Below are positions 8,585-16,229 of a stretch of 64,000 bases of DNA, one piece after another. The stretch is from positions 256,001 through 320,000 of the forward strand of contig OZ241883.1 in NCBI GenBank assembly GCA_965203445.1, read 5' to 3'. The position numbers and the translations under genes are program-made. The notes under the pieces are model-generated. The model was not told the DNA's origin and did no database searches. It saw nothing but the letters and a program-made list of their open reading frames with translations. The stretch comes from Candidatus Oxydemutator sp. (lineage in GTDB: Bacteria > Pseudomonadota > Gammaproteobacteria > Poriferisulfidales > Oxydemutatoraceae). Positions within the stretch are counted from its first letter, which is position 1, and each line of letters opens with the position of its first letter.

Positions 8585-8590
8585 ATTATA
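8585..8590 (-). promoter_or_regulatory. Putative -10 box for the helicase-darT-ARH cassette
   Basis: Perfect TATAAT on the minus strand about 85 nt upstream of the helicase; no convincing -35. Confidence 0.4.
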
Positions 8591-8643
8591 ACTGTATGCG
8601 CTCGCCAATTTCCGACGGGGCGGCGGGGCGCCTTGGTACTACG

Positions 8644-9555
8644 TCACGTCGGCGGACGCCAGCCGGCGGCGCCGAGGCGTTTGCGGTAGCGGGCGCGGTA
8701 CAGCAGGCGGGGGGCGTCGTCTTGGTCCTCGAAGGCGTCGCGCGTGTGCAGGACGTTGTTGCAGACGACGCCCTCGGACGCGGCCAGGCGGCGGTGTATG
8801 CGCCAGTCGCTCGTCGCCAGTATCTCGCCAAGGCGCGTCAGCGCGTCGCGGCACTCGGCGCGCCATTTTATATGCCGCGCGCGCGCCGTATAGCGCGTAA
8901 GCAGCGCGCCGTCGCGCGCATCCACCGCGAACACCGGCACGCTGCGCGCCGGGCGTATCTGCCCGCCGTCCTCGACGTTGGCCGGCAGCGTCATCGCGCG
9001 CGGGTGCATCAGCTGCTCGACGTGGCGCGGGTCGTCGTCGCGCAACAGAATATAGACGAGTTCGGGATCGAGATAGCAATTCGCGCCGCCGCTTGCCGCC
9101 GCGCGCACGCAATACATCGAAAAAGCGCGCACGGCGTCGGCGGCGGAGTTGTAATAGCCGTCGGTGTGCCATTGCAGCGCGCGGCGCGTGTATGGAACGT
9201 AGCGGCTGCCCTCGAGCGCGCGGACGTGGCTGATGCGCCCGGCGTCGGCACACGGGTTGGCGATGAGATCGCCAAGCCCCAGTTGCTGGCCCATGCGCTT
9301 GAACGCGGCGCCGTCGCGCAGCGGCTTCGCAAGACGATAGAAACACAGGTTGGCGCGGCGGCAGTTGGCGATGATCGCGGCGCGCTCGGCGTCGCTCAGC
9401 GCCTGCGCGTCGGCGACGACGACGGTCAGTTCGTCCGCCGAGCGCGCGCGCGTCGCCAGCTTGCGTTCGCGCCAGCGTCGGTACGCGGTTTCGTTGCCGG
9501 GCACGAACGGCGAATCGGAACGGTCGGCGGCAGTCGTCGGGAGCGGATGCGGCAT
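8644..9555 (-). CDS. TauD/TfdA-like Fe(II)/2-oxoglutarate dioxygenase-fold protein
   Basis: WHTDGYY (HxD) and NNVLHTR (distal His); start could be 9555 or 9588. Confidence 0.8.
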   Translation of the reverse strand: MPHPLPTTAADRSDSPFVPGNETAYRRWRERKLATRARSADELTVVVADAQALSDAERAAIIANCRRANLCFYRLAKPLRDGAAFKRMGQQLGLGDLIANPCADAGRISHVRALEGSRYVPYTRRALQWHTDGYYNSAADAVRAFSMYCVRAAASGGANCYLDPELVYILLRDDDPRHVEQLMHPRAMTLPANVEDGGQIRPARSVPVFAVDARDGALLTRYTARARHIKWRAECRDALTRLGEILATSDWRIHRRLAASEGVVCNNVLHTRDAFEDQDDAPRLLYRARYRKRLGAAGWRPPT

Positions 9556-9611
9556 ACTGCGCCCACTATATAGCGCGTGCCGCGCCAAACGACAAGAACA
9601 CGTTCCGACAA

Positions 9612-9710
9612 AAACCCCTTTCCCAGAGGGAGAGGGTTTGATTATGGGCCTGCAGCTGCCCTCTCCCAGAGGGAAAGGAGTTCATTTTTTGGCCCTTTTT
9701 GGCCCAAGGG
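9612..9710. repeat. REP-like palindromes (CCCTCTCCC-N-GGGAGAGGG type) plus TTGGCCC sub-repeats
   Basis: AAACCCCTTTCCCAGAGGGAGAGGGTTT at 9612-9639 and CCCTCTCCCAGAGGGAAAGG at 9659-9678. Confidence 0.65.
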
Positions 9711-9728
9711 CTATGCCAATAGGCCATC

Positions 9729-9757
9729 TTGATACCCTTCGGCAGTTTAACTATAAT
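9729..9757 (+). promoter_or_regulatory. sigma70-type promoter of the dsr operon
   Basis: TTGATA (9729-9734), 17 bp spacer, TATAAT (9752-9757). Confidence 0.75.
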
Positions 9758-9846
9758 CCTTAGTTACCCATTTGGAGGCCGTGCCGGTCACGGCGGGTTT
9801 GCGCCAAGCGCTTGACCCAAGCACAAAACGACCACGGAGGAACGTT

Positions 9847-11112
9847 ATGACGGCTACGCAGAAGCATCAGACGCCGATGCTGGACGAATTGGAGAAAGGC
9901 CCCTGGCCGAGTTTCATCTCCGGAATAAAACGCCTGCGCGACCAGCACGAGGACGAACGCGTAAGCGGCGTCGCCAACGACCTGCTGGGTCAGCTCGAAC
10001 ACTCGTACGAGACGCGCCGCGGCTATTGGAAAGGCGGCACCGTCAGCGTCTTCGGCTACGGCAGCGGCATCATCCCGCGCTTCTCGGAGGTCGGCGCGGC
10101 GTTCCCCGCCTCCAAGGAGTTCCACACGCTGCGCGTGCAGCCGCCGGCGGGCAACTACTACACCACCGACATGCTGCGCAAACTGGCCGAGAGCTGGGAG
10201 AAATGGGGCTCCGGACTGGTGACCTTCCACGGCCAGACCGGCAACATCATGTTCATCGGCGCGAGCACCGAGAACACCCAGCATTTCTTCGACGAGATCA
10301 ACGATTACGGCTGGGACCTCGGCGGCGCCGGGCCGTGCGTGCGCACCGGGCAGTCGTGCGTCGGCGCGGCGCGCTGCGAGCAGTCCAACATAGACGAGAT
10401 GCGCGTCCACCGCACGCTGCTGAACAACTTCACCGACGACGTACACCGTCCGTCGCTGCCCTACAAGTTCAAGTTCAAGGTTTCCGGCTGCCCCAACGAC
10501 TGTATGAACTCGATCGAGCGCTCCGACCTCGCGATCATCGGCACCTGGCGCGACGACATGAAGGTGGATCAGCGCGAGGTCAGGCAATACGTCGAGAAAA
10601 AGGGCCGCCAGTACATCACCGACAACGTCATCGCGCGTTGCCCGACGCAGGCGCTGTCGCTGGCCGAAGACGACACGCTCGAAGTGGACAACCGCAACTG
10701 CGTGCGCTGTATGCACTGCCTGAACGTGATGCCCAAGGCGCTGTCGCCGGGCGACGACAAGGGCGCGACGCTGCTGATCGGCGGCAAGCGCACGCTCAAG
10801 ATCGGCGATTTGATGGGCACCGTCATCGTGCCGTTCATGAAGCTCGAGAGCAAGGAAGACTTCGAGCGCCTCGTCGAGATCGCCGAGGAGACGATAGACT
10901 TCTGGGCCGAGAACGGGCTGGAGCACGAGCGTTGCGGCGAGATGATCGAACGCATCGGTCTGGTCAACTTCCTCGAGGGAGTCGGCCTCGACGTGGATCC
11001 GAACATGATCTCCGACCCGCGCACCAGTTCCTACGTGCGCACCGACGACTGGGAGCAGGAGGCGGCCAAATGGTTCGAGCACAAACGAGAAAAGCTGGCG
11101 GCCACCGCCTAG
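9847..11112 (+). CDS. dsrA: Reverse dissimilatory sulfite reductase alpha subunit
   Basis: TPMLDELEKGPWPSF, YWKGG, siroheme/FeS motifs CVRTGQSC and GCPNDC; GGAGG before ATG 9847. Confidence 0.98.
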   Translation: MTATQKHQTPMLDELEKGPWPSFISGIKRLRDQHEDERVSGVANDLLGQLEHSYETRRGYWKGGTVSVFGYGSGIIPRFSEVGAAFPASKEFHTLRVQPPAGNYYTTDMLRKLAESWEKWGSGLVTFHGQTGNIMFIGASTENTQHFFDEINDYGWDLGGAGPCVRTGQSCVGAARCEQSNIDEMRVHRTLLNNFTDDVHRPSLPYKFKFKVSGCPNDCMNSIERSDLAIIGTWRDDMKVDQREVRQYVEKKGRQYITDNVIARCPTQALSLAEDDTLEVDNRNCVRCMHCLNVMPKALSPGDDKGATLLIGGKRTLKIGDLMGTVIVPFMKLESKEDFERLVEIAEETIDFWAENGLEHERCGEMIERIGLVNFLEGVGLDVDPNMISDPRTSSYVRTDDWEQEAAKWFEHKREKLAATA

Positions 11113-11172
11113 GCAAGCCCTAAGGCGAACCCCTAGACACGCGACACGCCGCACCGAACAAGGAGACTATAG

Positions 11173-12249
11173 ATGGCGCAACACCACCGCGAACCGATAG
11201 AGTCGGGCTGCCCCGACGGTTTTCAATACATGCATCCCGTGATGCGCAAGAACTACCGCAACTGGGCCTACCACGAAGACCCGCGCCCGGGCGTGCTCAA
11301 GCACGTTGCGCGCGACGGCGACGACGCGATATGGACGGTGCGCGCCGGCACCCAGCGCATCCTCGACGTGTTCACGCTGCGCAAACTGTGCGACATCGGC
11401 GACCGCTACGCCGACGGCTACGTGCGCTTCACGATACGCAGCAACATCGAGTACATGGTCGCCGACGAAAGCAAGGTCATGCCGCTGATAGGCGCGCTCG
11501 AGGACGCCGGCTTCGTCGTCGGCGGCACCAAGAACTCGGTGACGATGATCTCGCACACGCAAGGCTGGCTGCACTGCGACATTCCGGGCACCGACGCCTC
11601 GGGGGTGGTCAAGGCGATGATGGACGAGCTGGTCGAGGAGTTCAAAAACTGGAACATGCCCAACCGCGTGCACATCACCACGTCGTGCTGCCAGATCAAC
11701 TGCGGTGGCCAGGGCGACATCGCGATCAACGTCCAGCACACCAAGCCGCCGAAGATCAACCACGACCTGGTGTCGAACGTGTGCGAGCGCCCGTCGGTGG
11801 TGGCGCGCTGCCCGGTGGCGGCGATCCGCCCGGCGATGGTCAACGGCAAGCCGTCGCTCGAGGTGGACGAGAAAAAGTGCATCTGCTGCGGCGCGTGCTA
11901 TCCGCCGTGCCCGCCGATGCAGATCAACGACCCGGAACACACCAAGCTGGCGATCTGGGTCGGCGGCAACCACTCGAACGCGCGCGGCAAGCCGACCTTC
12001 CAGAAACTGGTCGCCGCCGGCATTCCGAACAACCCGCCGCGCTGGCCCGAGGCGACCGCGGTGGTCAAGAAAATCCTGAAGACCTACAAGGAAGACGCCA
12101 AGGACTGGGAGCGGATCAACGACTGGATCGAGCGCATCGGCTGGCCGCGCTTCTTCGAGCTGACCGAGCTGCCGTTCACCAAGTACCACATAGACAACTG
12201 GCTGGGAGCCAGACGCAGCCTCAACTCCTCGGCGCACGTGCGCTTCTGA
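11173..12249 (+). CDS. dsrB: Reverse dissimilatory sulfite reductase beta subunit
   Basis: HTQGWLHC, SCCQINCG, CICCGAC, PNNPPRWPE, ERIGWPRFF. Confidence 0.98.
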   Translation: MAQHHREPIESGCPDGFQYMHPVMRKNYRNWAYHEDPRPGVLKHVARDGDDAIWTVRAGTQRILDVFTLRKLCDIGDRYADGYVRFTIRSNIEYMVADESKVMPLIGALEDAGFVVGGTKNSVTMISHTQGWLHCDIPGTDASGVVKAMMDELVEEFKNWNMPNRVHITTSCCQINCGGQGDIAINVQHTKPPKINHDLVSNVCERPSVVARCPVAAIRPAMVNGKPSLEVDEKKCICCGACYPPCPPMQINDPEHTKLAIWVGGNHSNARGKPTFQKLVAAGIPNNPPRWPEATAVVKKILKTYKEDAKDWERINDWIERIGWPRFFELTELPFTKYHIDNWLGARRSLNSSAHVRF

Positions 12250-12269
12250 CGCCGCCGCCGGCGCCGTTG

Positions 12270-12662
12270 ATGAAACTGTCGCTGCTGGTCAACGAGGGCC
12301 CGTACACGCACCAGGCGTCCGACAGCGCGTACCGCTTCGCGCTGGCGGCGTTGGCCAAGGGGCACGAGATCTACCGCGTCTTTTTCTACCACGACGGCGT
12401 TCACAACGGCACGCGCCTGGGAGCGCCGCCGCAGGACGACAGAAACCTGCCGCAGCTATGGTCGGAGCTGGCCGCCAGGCACAAACTCGATCTGGTGGTA
12501 TGCGTCGCCGCGGCGCAGCGCCGCGGCCTGCTCGACGGCGACGAAGCCAAACGCCACGGCAAGGACGCCGACAACATCGCGCCCGGCTTTCGCATCTCGG
12601 GTCTCGGCCAGCTGATAGAGGCCGGCGTGCAGTCCGACCGCCTGGTGACGTTCGGCGATTGA
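12270..12662 (+). CDS. dsrE: Sulfurtransferase DsrE
   Basis: NEGPYTHQASDSAY, FFYHDGV, VCVAAAQRRG, GLGQL. Confidence 0.95.
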   Translation: MKLSLLVNEGPYTHQASDSAYRFALAALAKGHEIYRVFFYHDGVHNGTRLGAPPQDDRNLPQLWSELAARHKLDLVVCVAAAQRRGLLDGDEAKRHGKDADNIAPGFRISGLGQLIEAGVQSDRLVTFGD

Positions 12663-12692
12663 CGCCGCGCCCCGCTCGCACCGACACAAACG

Positions 12693-13124
12693 ATGGACGA
12701 AGCACAAGACAACGGCGACGGCACGGTCAAGAAGTTCCTGTACATGAACCGCAAGGCGCCGTACGGCACCGTGTACGCGTTGGAGGCGCTCGAAGTCGTG
12801 CTGATCGCGGCCGCGTTCGACCAGGACGTGAGCATAGTGTTCGCCGACGACGGCGTCTATCAGCTGATGAAGGGGCAGGACACCGGCGACGTCGGCATGA
12901 AAAATTTCTCGCCGACCTACGCGGCGCTCGGCGACTACGACGTCAAGAAGATCTACGTCGAGCGCGAGTCGCTCGAGGAGCGCGGCCTGTCGCCCGGTGA
13001 CTTGCAGGCGCTGACCTACGAGGACGAAGACGACGACTACAAGGAAAAAAACTCGCTGCACGTCGTCGCCCGCGAGCAGCTGGCGAAGCTGATCGCCGAA
13101 CAGGACGTGGTTCTGAGTTTTTGA
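12693..13124 (+). CDS. dsrF: Sulfurtransferase complex subunit DsrF
   Basis: NRKAPYGTVYALEALE, AAFDQDV, DDGVYQL. Confidence 0.95.
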   Translation: MDEAQDNGDGTVKKFLYMNRKAPYGTVYALEALEVVLIAAAFDQDVSIVFADDGVYQLMKGQDTGDVGMKNFSPTYAALGDYDVKKIYVERESLEERGLSPGDLQALTYEDEDDDYKEKNSLHVVAREQLAKLIAEQDVVLSF

Positions 13125-13142
13125 CGGCCGCGGAACGACGCG

Positions 13143-13454
13143 ATGGCCATGCTGCACATAGTCAACAAATCGCCGTTCGAGCGCAACGCGCTGGACGCCT
13201 GCCTGCGCCTGGCCGCGCCCGACGCTTCGGTACTGCTGATCGAGGACGGCGTCATCGCCGCAACGCGCGCCGCGCGCGTCGCGGACAAGGTGACCGACGC
13301 CATGCAGAGGGGGCTTGCGTTTTTCGTGCTGGCACCCGACGTGCGCGCGCGCGGCCTCGGCGAGGAGCGCCTGATAAGCGGCGTTACCGCGGTGGATTAC
13401 GACGGCTTCGTGGACTTGGTGGCGAACCACGATAATGTACAATCATGGCTGTGA
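13143..13454 (+). CDS. dsrH: Sulfurtransferase complex subunit DsrH
   Basis: MLHIVNKSPF, LLIEDGV, DYDGFVDLV, QSWL. Confidence 0.95.
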   Translation: MAMLHIVNKSPFERNALDACLRLAAPDASVLLIEDGVIAATRAARVADKVTDAMQRGLAFFVLAPDVRARGLGEERLISGVTAVDYDGFVDLVANHDNVQSWL

Positions 13455-13488
13455 CGCCTGCAACCAGGACAACGACGGAGGAAAAACC

Positions 13489-13821
13489 ATGCCTTTGGAA
13501 GTAGATGGGAAAACCTATGAAACCGACGAGGAAGGCTACCTCGCCAACCTGAGCGACTGGAAACCGGAGTTGGCGACCGCGATGGCCACCGCCGACGGCG
13601 CCGAGCTGGACAGCAACCACTGGGAAGTCATCAACTTCCTGCGCGAGTACTACGAGGAATACCAGATCGCCCCGGCGGTGCGCGTGCTGACCAAGGCCAT
13701 CGGCAAGAAGCTCGGCAAGGACAAAGGCAACAGCAAGTATTTGTACGAACTGTTTCCCTACGGCCCGGCCAAACAGGCCTGCAAATACGCCGGCCTGCCG
13801 AAACCGACCGGCTGCGTCTGA
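13489..13821 (+). CDS. dsrC: Sulfur carrier DsrC
   Basis: TDEEGYL, LFPYGPAKQACKYAGLPKPTGCV with both C-terminal Cys; GGAGG RBS. Confidence 0.97.
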   Translation: MPLEVDGKTYETDEEGYLANLSDWKPELATAMATADGAELDSNHWEVINFLREYYEEYQIAPAVRVLTKAIGKKLGKDKGNSKYLYELFPYGPAKQACKYAGLPKPTGCV

Positions 13822-13879
13822 AGCGCCGCCGCCGGCGCTCGCACCGGCTTTCCGTGCGGGGGCCGGGGCCGGAATCGTC

Positions 13880-14629
13880 ATGTCATTGCTGACCGCAGCC
13901 TACGCGGCCTTGTTCTATCTGGCGACCGCGGTGCTCGTCGGCGGCGTCGCCTACCGCATATGGCTGTACCGGCGCGCGCCGGCGCCGCTGAAGATCCCGA
14001 CGACGCCGGCGCCGACCACGCGCCGCGGCGTCGTCTTTCGCATGTTCAAGGAAGTCGTGTTTTTCGAGAGCCTGTTCAAGTCGAACAAGTGGATCTGGCT
14101 GTTCGGATGGCTGTTTCACTTCGGCCTGCTGCTGGTGCTGCTGCGCCACCTGCGCTACTTCACGCAACCGGTGTGGTCGTGGGTCGAGTGGCTGCAACCC
14201 GTCGGCAAGTACGCGTCGCTGATGATGGTCGCCGGTCTCGCCGGCCTGTGGCTGCGCCGCATCGTCGTCGACCGCGTGCGCTACATCTCGTCGCCGTCGG
14301 ATCACCTGATGCTGCTGCTGCTGCTTTTGATCGGCGCGACCGGCATGTGGATGACCTTCGCAAACCCGGTCGACATCGTCTCGATGAAGATGTTTTTCCT
14401 GGGACTGATGCGCCTCGAACTGCACCCGCTGCCGCCCGACGCGCTGATGAACGTGCACCTGGCGCTGGTGGCGGCGTTGATGATCGTGTTTCCGTTCAGC
14501 AAACTGCTGCACGCGCCCGGCGTCTTCTTCAGCCCGACGCGCAACCAGGCCGACGACGCGCGCGACAAGCGCCACGTCGCGTCCTGGGCGCTCAAACTGG
14601 AACACTCCGGAGGGCGCCCCGATGGCTGA
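13880..14629 (+). CDS. dsrM: Membrane b-type cytochrome DsrM
   Basis: NarI-like hydrophobic protein, FPFSKLLH; operon position. Confidence 0.93.
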   Translation: MSLLTAAYAALFYLATAVLVGGVAYRIWLYRRAPAPLKIPTTPAPTTRRGVVFRMFKEVVFFESLFKSNKWIWLFGWLFHFGLLLVLLRHLRYFTQPVWSWVEWLQPVGKYASLMMVAGLAGLWLRRIVVDRVRYISSPSDHLMLLLLLLIGATGMWMTFANPVDIVSMKMFFLGLMRLELHPLPPDALMNVHLALVAALMIVFPFSKLLHAPGVFFSPTRNQADDARDKRHVASWALKLEHSGGRPDG

Positions 14630-16145
14630 AGCCCAATTCCAGGTGCCCGAGTTCCGCGAATACCGCGTCATCCCGAAACTGCGCGAAGGCGCGATGGCGC
14701 ACAGCCAACCGTTCGTCGCCAAGCCCGATTTTCAGAAGCCGCTCGGTTTCCCCGGCGAACTGGTGGACGACTGGGAGCGCAAGGCGGTTGCGAAAATGGG
14801 CGAGTTGAACGAGAAGTACCGCTCGTTGCGGGTGTTTCTCGATTCGTGCGTCAAGTGCGGCGCGTGCACCGACAAGTGCCATTACTATCTGGGCACGACC
14901 GACCCCAACAACATGCCGGTCGCGCGCCAGGATCTGTACCGCAAGGTCTATCGGCGCTACTACACCTTCGCCGGCAAATACTTTCCGTGGCTGGTCGGCG
15001 CCAAGGACATGAGCCGGGAAGTGCTCGATCAGTGGTACACCTATTTCCACCAGTGTTCGCAATGCCGCCGCTGCTCGGTCTATTGCCCGTACGGAATAGA
15101 CACCGCCGAAATCTCGATGGCGGCGCGCGAGGTCATGGACCACGTCGGCCACGGGCAGAAGTACTGCAACGAGATCATCGGCAAGGTGCACACGGTCGGC
15201 AACAACCTGGGACTGCCGGAACCGGCGCTGCGCGACACCCTCGAGGGGCTCGAGGAAGAAGTCCTCGAGGACACCGGCGCGGCGGTGCGTTTTCCGCTCG
15301 ACGAGAAAGGCGCCGAGGTGCTGCTGGTGACGCCGTCGGCGGATTTCTTCGCCGAACCGCACGTGGACGGGCTGATCGGCTACGCCAAGGTGCTGCACCA
15401 GGCCGGCGTCTCATGGACCTTAAGCTCCTACGCGAGCGAAGCCGCCAACTTCGGCCTGTTCATCGGCAGCTACGAAAACATGCGCAAGTTGGCGCTGCGC
15501 ATACGCAAAGTGGCGCTCGAGCTCGGCGTCAGTCGCATCGTCTTCGGCGAGTGCGGCCACGCTTGGCGCGTCGCCTACAGTTTTCTGAACACGCTGGCCG
15601 GGCCGTTCGATTTCCTCGACCCCGATTATCCGGTGCCGCAACACGTCTGCGAGGTGACCCACGCCCTGATACAACAAGGCCGACTGCGGCTCGACCCGTC
15701 GCAAAACGACGACAAGATCGTAACCTTCCACGATTCGTGCAACGTCGCGCGCGCGTCGCGCATGGGTGGCGTGGCGGGCGGGCAGTTCACGATCCCGCGC
15801 GACATACTGCGCGCGTGCTGCAACCATTTTTACGACATGCCGGCGGAGACCACGCGCGAGGGCACCTACTGCTGCGGCGGCGGCGGCGGCCTGCTGACCG
15901 ACGATCTGCTAGAGTTGCGCGTCAAGGGCGCGCTGCCACGGATGGAGGCACTGAAGGAGGTCGTCGAGGACTACGGCGTGACCCACATGGCCGCGATCTG
16001 CGCGATCTGCAAAAGCCAGTTTTCCAAGGTGCTGCCTTACTACGGATTCACGATGGACCAGGTCGTAAGCCTGCATCAACTGGTCGGCGACGCGCTCGTG
16101 CTGGAAAAAGAAGCCGGCGCCGAAGCCGCGGAAAAGGCGGCCTGA
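14622..16145 (+). CDS. dsrK: Fe-S protein DsrK
   Basis: CVKCGACTDKC, CSQCRRCSVYCP, GECGH, HDSC, CCGGGGG. Confidence 0.95.
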   Translation: MAEAQFQVPEFREYRVIPKLREGAMAHSQPFVAKPDFQKPLGFPGELVDDWERKAVAKMGELNEKYRSLRVFLDSCVKCGACTDKCHYYLGTTDPNNMPVARQDLYRKVYRRYYTFAGKYFPWLVGAKDMSREVLDQWYTYFHQCSQCRRCSVYCPYGIDTAEISMAAREVMDHVGHGQKYCNEIIGKVHTVGNNLGLPEPALRDTLEGLEEEVLEDTGAAVRFPLDEKGAEVLLVTPSADFFAEPHVDGLIGYAKVLHQAGVSWTLSSYASEAANFGLFIGSYENMRKLALRIRKVALELGVSRIVFGECGHAWRVAYSFLNTLAGPFDFLDPDYPVPQHVCEVTHALIQQGRLRLDPSQNDDKIVTFHDSCNVARASRMGGVAGGQFTIPRDILRACCNHFYDMPAETTREGTYCCGGGGGLLTDDLLELRVKGALPRMEALKEVVEDYGVTHMAAICAICKSQFSKVLPYYGFTMDQVVSLHQLVGDALVLEKEAGAEAAEKAA

Positions 16146-16229
16146 ATGCGGCCCATGGTGCGGCTCATGGCGCGGCCCGTGATGCATCATAGGCGCCGCG
16201 ACGACGCCGAACAACGATAGGAGCAACCG

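Noticed and set aside
9847-12249. dsrAB as evidence of sulfate reduction
   Set aside because: dsrEFH and dsrL are present, no dsrD follows dsrB, and the gene order is the oxidative type.
16147-16182. Three degenerate 12-bp repeats between dsrK and dsrL (and CCTAG-like repeats between dsrA and dsrB)
   Set aside because: Short and degenerate, likely slippage; no evidence of function or of a shared Cas6-type hairpin.
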